From Octopus sinensis (taxonomy: Eukaryota), in contig NC_043003.1 of the NCBI RefSeq assembly GCF_006345805.1, forward strand, positions 111,972,001-112,036,000: DNA of 64,000 nucleotides. Reading direction: 5' to 3'. The position numbers and the translations under genes were made by a program. Positions 1-13,610 of this stretch are shown here, piece by piece. A model generated the notes under the pieces. It had not been told where the DNA came from. It did no database searches and saw only the letters and a program-made list of their open reading frames with translations. Within the stretch, counting starts at the first letter, position 1. Every line of letters begins with the position of its first letter.

Positions 1-1517
1 TACTGATGATGTTGACTTGTTCTTCTTTTCGGATTGTGGCTGTTGTTGCTTAGTGAGTGGGATTGGCTCAGTGCACAGCCTTTCCTCACTTTAAAAAAAA
101 TCTTCTGGCACAGGCATTGCACGATAACAACATTGCTTAAGCTTCGTGCAATGGCCATACTCGATAACGAGGGGGCAACCACCATGTATGTGTGTATGAA
201 TGTATATAAATACATTTAAAATATTTACTCACGCACACACGTATAAATAAATGAATACATATACCTACAGCCAAAAAGTTCTGATTTTAACAATTTTGAC
301 ATAGACCTTCCTTTATCAGGAGGATTTAATTGGTGTGAAATTAGTCTGTATTTACAATTCATTATCTTTCCAGAACAATTGAGTGTTAAACTGTAGATTC
401 TACTTCAATCAATCGCCTTTGAATAACCCAGTATTTTGTCATAAATGTTTCTCTTACCTGCTAATCTAAATCTTTAATCTACAATTTTCACCTGTCTGCT
501 GAAACACACTAAAAGTTTCGAGACTTGTACAAAAAGAAAACATTTCCACTGTTTCTCTTATTTACATTTCCGTTTATACATTGACATTTATATTTACACT
601 TCTATTTGCCATATATGTTTACTGGAAAACGTTTCACTATATTTTCTATTGCAGGAACGTTACGCGACCTCAACTGCTAATCATCTGGTATAGTAAAAAA
701 ACAAAAACAAAAGAAAAACAGAACAGAGCTATGTTGCATTGGTTATTGATGTCGTCGTGTTTGGTTAAAGCAGAGCAATACTGAGCATCTGAGACTTAGA
801 ACGGGTGGACCGATTTCAAATTGCTTTTCAAGCGTTTACACTTCATTTTCTTCTGTAATTCGCGTGTGGGAATGTCTTTCTTCCGATATAGAAAAAAACA
901 ATTAATAATGATGTTTGATGTGTAACGGGTAATATTTACGAGATATTCATGGCCTCGAAGTTGTGAGTTCGGGGTCACTGGCTCGTTGTATTAACAATTA
1001 ATGATGAATGTTATGTGCAGCAATAATGAACTAATACTTAGATCGATGAAGATTTCAGACGCAACATCTATAACTAAGTGTATGTGTGTGTGTCTGTGTG
1101 TGTCTGTGTGCCTGTCTCTGTGTGTGTGTGTGTGTGTGTGTGTCTGAGTCTACGTATGTACCTATGATGTAGTGCTTGTCTCTGCTTATGTGTGAGTACA
1201 CAAAATAGTGATTTTTTATACGTGGGTATCCGAGCGGATAACATGTAAATGTATTTGGAGAAAAGGAAAAGGGGTTTATTCAAAATGCATTGCGCTACTG
1301 AATGTGTCAGATCAAGAATTTCAAACGAAAGAATATAAGCTACACACATCTGATATATGCACAGATGCTCCAAAGAAACTAAACTGCTAATTTATCACAT
1401 TCATCGTTTGATGGTTTTTATATTAACAAATCATATATATAAATGTGCGTGCGTGTCTATGCGTGCGGCGTGTCCGTGAGAGCGTGTGTGATAGTATGTA
1501 TGTGTATATAAATATAT

Positions 1518-1549
<32 letters not shown>

Positions 1550-1572
1550 TATATATATATATATAAATGTAT

Positions 1573-1619
<47 letters not shown>

Positions 1620-1652
1620 TATATATATAAATATATTATATATATATATGTA

Positions 1653-1726
<74 letters not shown>

Positions 1727-2026
1727 AGAGCGTAATCTATATTGGGTCAAACAGTGTAAGTCTGGAAACAGGCTGTACCTACAGCTGCGAATCGGATAAC
1801 GGTCAATGGTTATTGTTTGCGAACCCCTTCGCTTTAAAAATGTACAAAATGCCATTGAACTGCATGATTTATTATATAAATGTTTCACATAGTTACATTT
1901 CCTTTCTCTACTATCCTCTGCCATTTCTATCCTTCTTTGAAGAAAACAGAATTAGGATACAGGAATTAGTTCTTACTGTGCAAACATATTACATATTTCT
2001 ATTGACATTTACTTATTAATATACCC

Positions 2027-2106
<80 letters not shown>

Positions 2107-2257
2107 ATTTATTTATTTATATATATATTATATATATTTATTTATTTATATCTGTGTGTGTGTGTGTATATGTATGTAAGTATGTATTTTGCATAAAGGG
2201 TCGTGGCGAAGGCCAGAACAATGCGAAGAAAACGAATGCGAAGGAAACAAATACGTT

Positions 2258-2490
2258 AATTAATGTAGACTTACCTTGCATTCAATATTTCGGGGTTATG
2301 ACCTCATTTTCAAGAAATTAACGAATATTGCCGATGTGCGTGTGTGTGAGCGTGTTTGGAATGAACATGTGCGGCAATGTTTTGCTATAGCAACCAGCAA
2401 GCTTCCTGTGACATCGGTAATATTCGTTAATTTCCTGAAAATGGGGTCATGACCCCGAAATATTGAATGCAAGTCGAGTCTACGTTAATT
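2258..2490. mobile_element. Foldback/MITE-like element with ~80-bp terminal inverted repeats
   Basis: Arm 2258-2337 (aattaatgtagac...tattgccgatgt) is the near reverse complement of 2411-2490 (acatcggtaata...gtctacgttaatt); 73-bp spacer; no ORF. Confidence 0.75.
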
Positions 2491-2607
2491 CATAAATTTG
2501 TTTTCTTGTGGTTTGCCTTGTGATTGGCCTTACCCATGATCCTTTGTACAATATATGCTACACAAAGCGTCGTAGTAATTATTCCACACACACACACATA
2601 TATATAT

Positions 2608-2703
<96 letters not shown>

Positions 2704-2719
2704 TAATATATATATATTA

Positions 2720-2768
<49 letters not shown>

Positions 2769-2916
2769 CATACACATAAACTGAATATTTCGAAAGCCAA
2801 CACCATGAATTTGTTGACTTTCAAAAGTTTTGAATGTTTTTGATTCATGTATCCACGTCATGGAATAACGTTGGAAATAACTACTGGATTTACACATTAT
2901 CCATCTATTGTTATAT

Positions 2917-3052
<136 letters not shown>

Positions 3053-3054
3053 AT

Positions 3055-3946
3055 AAACTTAGATAAACTTAGATATGTTTCGACCAAGATTGGTCCAGGC
3101 CATGTCTAACTTAATAGTGACACCTGATAGGATTATTCGAATCCTGTTTAAGTCAAGTTTTGTTTATGGTCCATTCAAGTAGTGAGTTTTTGTTGGGTGA
3201 GTTGTATCCAATTATGGGTGGCTTATCTGGTATTCTTTGAAGGAATATATCCAGACTCCGATTAAAGTTGATGGAATCCTTTTCCTCTTTGAACTCATTC
3301 GAGACAATGTTAAATAGGGCAGGGCCTGTTGAGGAAAAGAAATTATGTTGCAGTGTACATGTATGCTGTGATCTTGAATTGGGCAGGGTACGTATGTTCC
3401 GTCGTCCCAGTCCTAGATGAACCTTGAAGCTAATCTTCAGGTCGTTTGGGCAAAGTTGGCGGTATATTCTCCACATCGTACAAATGACGTACCGCTCACG
3501 GCGACGCTGGAGAGAGTAAAGTTTCAAGGCTTTAAGGCGATCTCAATAATCGAGAGCAGCCATGCCTTCACTTCGTTTAGTGAGTGCCCTCTGGGGTGAC
3601 TCAATCCTGGATATGCTTTGTCTTGTATGGGGATACCACAGTGGGCAGCAATATTCAAGGTGTGGCCGTACAAAAGAGAACAGTGGCATGATGACACCTT
3701 GTTCTCTGGACCGGAAAGTTCTTAAGATCCAGGAACTCATCCTACGAGCAATATCGACCTTCTTGTTTATGTGTGCACTCCAACTGAGATCGTCATCAAC
3801 AATTATACCCAGATCCCTGATATTGTTAGAAGCTGTGAGCGGTTCCCCTGAAGGAAGAGAGTATGGCTGTTTTAGTGAGGAATTTCTTCCAAAATGCATC
3901 AACTCAAATTTTCCCTCGTTCAGTTGCATTTTGTTTCTGTCTGCCC
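3055..3946 (-). mobile_element. 5'-truncated CR1/L2-group LINE (RT C-terminus + 3' UTR)
   Basis: ORF 3543-3929 has CR1-type motifs (RDLGIIVDDDLSWSAHI, VRPHLEYCCPLWYP, IESPQRALTK) and continues after a frameshift as LYSLQRRRERY. The 3' end has a short tandem (atctaagttt)x2; both flanks are (TA)n. Confidence 0.9.
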
Positions 3947-4036
<90 letters not shown>

Positions 4037-4699
4037 TGTGTGTGTGTGTGTGTGTGTGCGTGTATGTATGTATCATTTGTATCACCGTATGAAAGTATCG
4101 ACCAGGTGTCAGATACTGTTGCACATTGCTGGTCACCTCATTTCCAATTTAGATGAACTACCCACTAACTAATATTTTCATCTGTCATTTGATTTAGATT
4201 CCAAAATTTTCTTTTCTTTTTTTCCTTGTTATGCCATTTCTGCCATGGCTGGTTTGATGTCTCATTAGTTGCGAGAGAAAAAGCAAACGGCATTCAGGTA
4301 ACAAAGACCTGAAGATTAACTAAGCTGGCACTTTGTCTGTTGCAACTTACGTAACAGACTTCAGCTTGCTATAAAACTATTGTGGTTCTGTGCTTCACGT
4401 TCCACTGCTTACCTTCCCGATTTTAATTTACATTTTTATCAACTTTAGTAGCAAAGCTGCAAGATGAATGGTGATCATCAGCTTCTCGAAATTCCTTTTA
4501 ATTTCGAGACGGGAGAAAGTAACTTACGATGTTACTAAATATATTTTCTTTGTATATTATCAACATTTTGCCATCTGTACTAGCCGTGGAATTGTTTGAA
4601 GCTTACTAAATTACTACACTTGGATCTTACTTGCCTACGAAAATTGTTGACATTTCAAATTTCCTGCATGTCCATCGTTTGTGTTGGATGTTATTTACT

Positions 4700-5495
4700 A
4701 CAGTATAGTAGGTTCAGTTGGGCACCATCTTTCAGAAAACATCAACATGTGTCAATTCATTCTGCCAGAAATGTGGATGCGACATGCTGTACTGCCCGTC
4801 ATTCGCACCTGAAGCTCTAGTACGAACATTTCAGAATGTCTGGGTGTCAATATAAGGATAGAACAATCTCAGGACATGACCCGAGATTGATAAAAATCAA
4901 ACATCCAGTCAACATCATAGTGTTTGTAGAGCTCACTAGCGAATGGTAAAGTTATACCTCCATTCACCTTCCCACACAGCCCCAGACTCAGTACGGAGAC
5001 CTACATCAAGTGCCTGAAGCAGGTAGTGCCGCCCTGGATCAAGAAAGTGGCTGCTGGAAAAACTATATCTGGCAACAGGACTCTGCACCACGCCTCACAA
5101 GCAAGAGAATAGAGTCGTGGCTGTCTGACAATTTCTGCGCCTACATCAGTCCTGACATCTGGTCACCTAAATCACCAGACAACACCCCCTGGCTTATTAT
5201 ATGTGGTACACAGTTGAGCAAGAGACTCCTTGTAACACCAAAGATGAACTGAAGGCAAGAATTATAGCAGCATTCACGGACCTAAATATAGAGAACGTCC
5301 AAAAGTGTAGCAGGAGATTCCTAAGTCGTCTGGAGGCCGTGGTTGAAGCCAATGGCAATTTTATTGAATAAATTTACTCTTTAGGATTTCAAAATATTTT
5401 TATGTAATTTTGGTAAATATATCAGTTAAAATAACATGTCAGTGTTATTTTAATGTTTGTGTAAGTTAGAAGACAGTTTATTCACCGAGCCAGTA
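4700..5495 (+). mobile_element. Decayed, internally deleted Tc1/mariner transposon (maT/DD37D-like)
   Basis: Frameshifted transposase pieces: KHPVNIIVF, YIKCLKQVVPPWIKKVAAG, YIWQQDSAPRLTSKRIESWLSDNF, IWSPKSPD. Boundaries are approximate and the subfamily call is inference. Confidence 0.8.
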
Positions 5496-5514
5496 CATAT
5501 ACATACATACACAC

Positions 5515-5799
5515 ATAATTAATAATATCATGGTAATAAAGATTTTAGAATTTTTTACTACCAATGGACTAGAGTATAGAAAAATTAGTCAATACACAAT
5601 ATATTATTCATATAAAATACAGTGTACATTTAAACACATTTTTTTTATCGGCAGCATAAAGATGCCGGCAATTTCTTCGAACGAATCTTCAAGAAATCAT
5701 TATATATAATTAATAATATCAGTGTAATAAAGGTTTTAGAATGTTTACTACCAGTGGCCTAGCTTATAGAAAAGTTAGTCAATAGACAATATATTATTC
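5515..5799. repeat. Diverged direct repeat (~95-bp copies, ~190-bp period)
   Basis: taattaataatatca...aatatattattc occurs at ~5515-5609 and ~5705-5799. Confidence 0.75.
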
Positions 5800-5959
5800 T
5801 TAAGTCAGAAACCACGTTCCAGGAAAGAGATGGCAAATGTTCCATTTACCAAAACATAATGCCCCCCTCCTCAGTATGACTTCCTTCGTGATGAAATCCT
5901 ACACGATAATAATTTGATAGATTAAAGAAGGAAGGGATCATATAATAATTTTCATAAAT

Positions 5960-6295
5960 GAATTTTTAGAGCTCATATGCAAATGAAAATATACTGCCTA
6001 GAACGGAAGTATCTAAATTTTATAGTCAAGATAATCAAACATTAATAAGATAAGTTTTAATAGATTTAGTTACCGGTTCGAATTCTATATATATCCTTCG
6101 AGTTGGTGAATACAACTTAACGGTATATTTTTTATTAGTAGTAGTAAATTTAAAAAGCTCATGTGTAATTGATAACGTACTGGCTAGAATTGAAGGATCT
6201 ATGATTCACGGCAAAGAGATTCAAATATCAATACGTTTTAATAGACTTAGCTGGTCAAATTCTATATGTCCTTAGAATTGTTGAATAGAACTTAT
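5960..6295. repeat. Old tandem duplication (~185-bp period)
   Basis: The blocks agctcat..tactg(c/g)ctagaa..gttttaataga(t/c)ttag..aattctatat..tgaata(c/g)aactta recur at ~5965-6119 and ~6157-6294. Confidence 0.6.
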
Positions 6296-6904
6296 GGGTG
6301 CATGAGGGAATCGCATCTGAAAATTTATACAGCATATTAGCATTAAATATTTTAAGAATTAGATACGATTCCCTAAATCATAATTTACATATATCCGGTC
6401 TATTACCAAATGGAGTATCGCCGGCAATTATGAACCATGATAGTTCATACGTTAAACTTCTGTCTCTAAGGTTATTCACAGAGGCCGCTAAAGAGGTGAA
6501 TGATTGCATCTAGTGTTTGTGAAAAAATTCATGAGAGCTCTATAACTCCTTTTGTATTCGGTCATGCTCCCAATATATAAATTCGTCTAGCTATTAGATA
6601 CAGAACCCATACATTTATAGACAAGGTTGTAGCGGCAACATGAGACTGCAAATGAAGAGGTGCCAGAGACCCTAAAATTACATAGTCTATTGGATGTTAT
6701 GGTGTATTTGTGACTCCTACATTCGGTATGTTAACCAAACGGACGTGATACATAGTTTTCATATATAACTTTTATATGTAATTGTATTCATTTATTCATA
6801 AAAATTTATATGTATATTTATTTCGTTGTGTGGTTTAAATGCTTTGGAAGTTGTATTGATTGCCTAGATGTGTCCCTTCTATAATTTCTCTTATAACACA
6901 CACA

Positions 6905-6993
<89 letters not shown>

Positions 6994-7946
6994 ATGTTAT
7001 AAACAATAGAGATGGAAAATGGAATAAGCGAGAAATTTTAATTGTATGTATATCGTTATTCAGTTTTCTTTCAAGATTTCTTTCCAATAGAGATAAAGCC
7101 GGTTTCTAACCTACTTAACTGAGATTTCTACAACATCAAAAATATATTTTTGTATGTATGTATTATACACATGTGCAGGTTTGCATGTTTTGTTGTATGC
7201 ATGTATTCCCATGCATATAGTTGCATATCTAGACGTCATCATATATACGTAAATGACAAGGGATTGGAAATTTTACAGATTTATAGAATTCAGGTGATGG
7301 CTTGAATCTGTAATCTTCGAATCACCTTCCTCTTTTCTGGTTTTCAGAAGCCTAGTTTCTCAAGAACCCCAATAATTACATGTATAAACTGGTACTTCTA
7401 ATCTGGATAGAGTAGCTGTGGATTCCTCAATAGATAAGCGTGGATATTTTCTTAAAACATAAGTATGTATGTATGTAGTTATCGATATGTAAATACGCTA
7501 TTTGGATAAAAAGAATTATTTTACATAGTGCAAAAATTATATGATAAAGTATAAAGTATGAAGGATACAGTTGATATATATATATGCCCATTATAAATAC
7601 TTTTGCTAGCCTACTCAAATGACATACTGAGTGGTGCTGTTCGCGATACTAGAGAAGTGTAAGTGGCTCTCAGTGTTTGTAAGGATGGGTAAAAGTGTTC
7701 CACAAACAAATCATATTTAGACACGCTTTTCTAATACAAAACCTACATTATTTAATTACTTTTCAAAACACAAATATACCAGGGCGACGTCCATTGTGCA
7801 GACTTCAAAAATTTAATCCACCCCATAATCGTAAACGGCGTATCTCTAGGTGAAAATCAATGAAGATTCGGAAGCAATCACATAATAAAGTCTTTGAGAT
7901 GCTAACATGTGAAATTGTTGATAGACAGACAGAATAATAGACAGAG

Positions 7947-8037
<91 letters not shown>
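7947..8037. repeat. (GATA)n microsatellite
   Basis: Direct reading. Confidence 0.98.
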
Positions 8038-8038
<1 letters not shown>

Positions 8039-8282
8039 GGTTGGTTGGTTGGATGGACGGATAGACAAATAGATATATGCATACTTACAAATATAAATGC
8101 ATACCAACATACATATAAAGATTATATTACACTCAGGCATGGTCAGTTTACATTTCAGTAGACACATGGGAGAAAAAGAGCACGTTTACATTTCATTTTA
8201 TTTCTGCAGATTCTAAATTCTTGTTAATCTTCTTAGTAAATAAGTTATTTTTATGATTTGAATTATACCAATCATAAGCATA

Positions 8283-8325
<43 letters not shown>

Positions 8326-9769
8326 TAATATATATATAGAAATATATATATTATATATATATACATATATATATAATATATATATAATATTTAATATATA
8401 TATATTTAATATAATATATATATATATAATATTTATATATATATATATATATGTATATTTATTTATATATATATATATATGTATGTATGTATTAGCACAT
8501 ACATGTGCCTACATACAAGCATATATGAATATGTGTTTGATGTATATGTATGTTTGCGTGTATATAATGATAATAATAATGACGCAAAGAACTATTTCGT
8601 TTTATTGAACGAAGATGATTATATGTATTTATTTTAAATGTAGTTTACTTTCATACATCATAAGCTTATTTGCGATTCATAAATATATTTTTACTTACTC
8701 TTGAATATGAAACCATTATTGAATAAAATATGTGTTAATGCACATATATCTACAAAGTTAAATCTATGTTCTTTAAATTTTTCAGTTGGAAATAATACTA
8801 AAATATGAAGGAAAAATTATTGTGCATTTAATTTTTGCTTTTTATTTTATTAGGTTTAATATTGCATTGGTTAAAAGTAGTTTAATTTTCAAATACTTTT
8901 ATAGTTGTAAATATGTCTGTGACTACACCGGAAAATAAAAGAGGAATGAAAGCTATTTGAATTTATCGAGACGAGTCGTAATTAATCTGAGAATGTGAAC
9001 GGAGATTTCCTAACGAACTTAGATTCTTATTTGTAACACACAATACGATATATTTAAAATTGACGTGGAAGCTTTCTGAAAACCAAGACAAACTCATGGT
9101 ACCATATGAGGCCAAGAGTAATATCAATAACCACACTTCGGTAATCTTTTATGTAACTATAAAAGTAGTGCCTTGTGCAAACGCCAGTAAACTTTGAGTA
9201 AGTGCCTTGATAATTTAAGAATACCAAGTTTGGAGAGAAAAGCAAAACTGTAAGTTCTTTAACAAATAACTTTGAATCAAATAAATCTGGAGCTCGGCAA
9301 TTTTATTGGCGCGTCTATACAAGGATATTCTTGATTTATTTAAAATAGGCGCATTGACAATTTGTAATATAAGAGCTGTAATCTTGAGGCAATAGATAAA
9401 CGCAGTCAACGTTTCTTGTAGTATCGATATTGGTAGCATATCAACACACGCCTCAAAAGAAAATTATATCTGCCTCCGGATTTATCTTCAGAAAGAGATG
9501 TCTTAAACAAAATAGCAAAGGAGACATTGGTATCTACAGTCATGTCAACAGACTGAAATACATAGAGATGGTATGTAATTGAATCGTGGAGACATCTTTA
9601 AAATAATAAATGATGATTGCAAATGATCAAGGCAACATAAAAGTGAAATTATTAATTGACAAATGTGAATTTCTGCTCGCGTGTAATTTTAGTGTATTTT
9701 CCCCGAAATATGTATAATCCATTTTCCTACTTGAAACAAAATAGAACAAAGGAAAAAAATATTCGCGCG

Positions 9770-9800
<31 letters not shown>

Positions 9801-9891
9801 CAGTTTATACGTGTGCGAACATATATTTCTGAGGAAGTTTGATAATCTTTGAAATGCGTACATTCATACAGAGACATATGTGTTAAGACAG

Positions 9892-10273
9892 ATCGTCATC
9901 GTGGCACTCCGTCGGTTACGACGACGAGGGTTCCAGTTTATCCGGTCAACGGAACAGCCTGCTGGTGAAATTAACGTCCAAGTGGCTGAGCACTCCACAG
10001 AGAAGTGTACACGTAACGTAGTTCTCGGAGAGATTCAGAGTGACAAGGAGTGTGACAAGGCTGGCCCTTTAAAGTACAAGTACAACAGAAACAGGAAGAG
10101 TAAGAGAAAGTTGTGGCGAAAGAGTACAGCAGCTTTCGCCACCACCTCTTGTCGGAGCCTCGTGGAGTTTTTAGGTGTTTTCGCTCAATAAACACTCACA
10201 ACGACCGTTCTGGGAATCGAAAACGCGATCCTACGACCACGAGTCTGCTGTCCTAACCACTGGGCCATTGCAA
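9892..10273 (-). mobile_element. tRNA-derived SINE, group B head with alternative tail
   Basis: Reverse complement starts gcaatggcccagtggttagg (A box) ... tttcgattccc (B box). The head matches 39896-40080 but the 3' part differs. Confidence 0.85.
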
Positions 10274-11911
10274 CTCCACGTTAAAACTGATATACACGCT
10301 ACAAATATGCAATTCATTAACTACATTCAGCGGTGCTCTTGATATTAATTTGTATATACATTTGTATATACGCTTAATATGTATATACATAAATACACAA
10401 AATGTTTGTGTGCAGGTGTATTTGTGAGAGAAAGAGAGAGAGAGAGAGAGAGTGTGTGTGTGTGTGTGTGTGTGGTGTGTGTTCGTGCGTGCGCGCGTGC
10501 ACACGCGCATCTATAAGTTGTCGAATGTAATGATTGATAGCATTATTATATCATTTTATATAATTAGATTTCCGTGAGTTGAGGAAAGTGTATAAAGCAT
10601 CAAGATTCGAAGCAAATTATGCTCCTAACAGAACATTACAGAAACGGCTACTACTTTTATTCCTTGTTTACATATACCCATGTAGGCTGTCTATTCAAAA
10701 CTCTGGGGATATGATATTATGATGCAACAAAGTAATTAAATATCGATAAACAAGTGTCATTTTATTTGGTTGCAGCATAGTTTACTTCAGGACTGAGGGG
10801 GGGGGGAGGGCTTACATTTTGGGGCTTTTTAAACTAAAGTCTTGTGTTTAATATAAATCTAATTTAAAAACAAAGAAAGAACAGTGAAGTAAATGTTGAT
10901 ATTAGGGAAGAACAATACATGTGCTTCTAAGATAATATGTTATATAAAGTAAAAAAAAACTTGAAGCTGATATATTTTACAAGTTGTCAGCAGCACGTGA
11001 AGGGTATGGGAATACAACCCTTGTATTAATTGTCATCGAATAATATGGAATTAAATTTCAGCGATGCATTAAAAGTAATTACAGAAATGGGTCGGACAAG
11101 TGTCTTTATCAGCTTTGTCAAGAATAGCACAGATAATGTAAACGAGAAAGCAAATACAGGAACCGTTGCAGACGAGAAAGGTAGATGATGATCTGTACTG
11201 TATAATTTCCCAGTAAAATCAGCAGGACGTGTATTCATTTGTGTGTTTCTTTTAGAATTTCTCTTCAAATTGTTCGTGTATTCTTTTCCCTCGTGTATCT
11301 CGAGTATTTGATCGATGATAGTAATTTAAATAATTATAAACGTAATCATTCCTTTCCTTGCTACGGAAACAAATATCGATTTAATAATATAATCAGCATT
11401 TTATACAATATATAATCCGATTCCGTATCTTTCAAATTAGAAAATAGCCAGATATCACAGCAGCTCTTTAATTTGATTATAGAAATAGATATAAAATGTG
11501 ACAGCATAAAGACTAAAGGCAGTTAGATGTCTGCGTTTTGTTGCAACTTTTACTGAGGCCGCTATATTTTATCAATGATTTTATTGGTGCTTTTGTCCCT
11601 AAATTCCACCAAGAATTAATTTCAGTAGATCAGACATTGCTTCTACATCAGATGATGTTAATTTGAGATTTTTCTGGGCACTTGTAATTTTACTACTATC
11701 AATGGAAATTCACCAATATATAAAAAATATGAGGTACTCACCTCTTTAAAAGAAAATCATGCTTGCGATGTTGATTAAGTCACAACAGAACAGGGGTTTG
11801 CAGAAATGTTTAGTGTAACTTTTTCATGCGTATATTATATAGTTATTTAACTAGCGACTACGTTTGCATTTTCTTAACGTTATTTTTAAAATAAAGACTA
11901 TGTTTTGCATT

Positions 11912-12126
11912 GGGTGGTAAATGGGGGTCCACATAGCCACCGGATGTTGATTAGGTGAGCATCATACTGGGCTAAAACGTCCAAGGAGTGACGCAAACCC
12001 CAAATCCGACTTTGATTTCCTCGTGGTACAACCTGAATCTAAACCAACAGGAGATGATCACTGCGGGTGTCTGACCCAGTATAACCAGACCGCTCCGAGT
12101 AGATGGGGCTCGATAGCTATGATCGG
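11912..12126 (+). ncRNA. Candidate decayed HDV-like self-cleaving ribozyme at the RTE 5' end
   Basis: P1 GGGTGGT (11912-18) / ACAACCT (12028-34), 6 of 7 pairs including G1.U; P3 ATT/GGT around L3 TCCTCGT (12018-24); partial P2 CCGA(12006-09)/TCGG(12123-26) after GCTA. Confidence 0.5.
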
Positions 12127-13610
12127 CCGCCTCTGTAGGATATAGACACGCCGATATATAATCTACGACCCGAAGACACATTTGTAATCGTCCTAGATAG
12201 CTGGGTCACAGTAGATAAACCCCGGGTGTAAAGGATGTGCCATATTCTGCGCAGACTGCACTTCACCTTAAAATCCCATCGCGCAGGCCTAAGGACATGT
12301 CCACGTCCACGAATACGACAACGATCACAGTACTCCAAGCCTTGTAACGATGGAAAGCGGTTGAAGATGTCACTGGATTCCGTATCTCCCAGCCTGGCGG
12401 TTCGGGACATTAGTCGACTAGTGTTGACCCGGAGACGACATCAGTCGTCAGCATCCTGAACGACCAAGCAGCTTTATCTAAGGAGAGCACTGCTTGCTCT
12501 GCATGGAGAGGGGCCAACAAAAGAAAGCTTGTCTCCTACACACCCAGTTGGCAAAACGCGGTCAAAGGGCGTCTTCTTAAGGCGGCTGAATACACACAAT
12601 TACAAAAAGTAAAGACTCCACACAACCTTCAAATGTTGCCAAGGGTATGAAGATCACATGTCGGAACGACAGAACCATACATGACTTAGGTGACAGAGGT
12701 CACATAGAAATCTGATCTGTTCTCATTGCACATGAACTGTCCAGGCTAGATATTGATATCGCAGCCCCTAGCGAAGTCTGGCTCCCAAGGGAAGGCAGCT
12801 TGAAATAACATGGTGCCTAATATACCCTATATTGGTCAGGCAAACCGGAAATACACCGTTCAGGTGTTCGTTTCATGATAAGAAACTCTAAAGCTGGGAT
12901 CCCAGCTAGCAGGTCATTCTGACCACATCATCCATATGTATCTCCCTCTGAAAAACAAGTAGTATTACACGATCTTCAGCGTTTACTCTCCGACCCTCCA
13001 GAAAGACGTAGCAGACAAGGACAGGTTCAACTCAGACCTGTGCAGACTCCTCCAGGGAATCCCCTTCCTGTCGATGATAATGACATAATCCCAGGAGATT
13101 TCAGCGCCATAGTAGGCTGAGATTCAGAAACCTTGAAAGGAGCCCTCGGCAATCAGGCGGTTGTGAATTGCAAACGACAACGAACGACTCGTGCTAGAGT
13201 TGTGTACCGAACATCAGCTCGTCATCACTATACTCTATTCCCACAAAGAAATAACCTGGATGCATCTCCAATCAAAATACTAGTTCGCAAACGAGGCCGG
13301 TCTGATGGCATGCAAGGTATCATTCTGCGCAGAATGTCATACTCACCTGGTCCGTTACAAACTCAAACCCAAACTTCAAGACCAAACCAACAAGAAAGAC
13401 CAGACCGACCAACAACAAGAAAATCATGTACACTAGCGGTCTGAAGTTAAACGAAGTGAAACTAAACTTCCAGGCAGGATTACAATTATAGACAAGCCTT
13501 GATAAATCCAGTTGCCCCTCAGATCCATCACCAGAAATCCTATAACAACAACAGAAAGCCGCCATCGTACAGACCTCTCCTGAAATCATCGCATTTACGA
13601 AGAAAATAAA
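11912..13610 (+). mobile_element. RTE-clade LINE, 5' UTR + decayed APE endonuclease (3' part missing)
   Basis: From ~12647 it translates (with stops) to MKITCRNDRTIHD..SVLIAHELSRLDIDIAAPSEV..GSLK*HGA*YTLYWSGKP..SVYSPTLQ..GDFSAIVG..TWMH, the RTE APE signature. GC-richer 5' UTR from 11912. Confidence 0.88.

Noticed and set aside
9825-9866. ctgagga...gaaatgcgta hammerhead-like string
   Set aside because: Stem I is absent and stem II is poor; cannot be separated from chance.
11061-11180. Possible exon (ttcag|...DALKVITEMGRTSVFISF...|gtagat)
   Set aside because: Short open frame, weak splice signals, no recognisable protein and no partner exons; would need RNA-seq.
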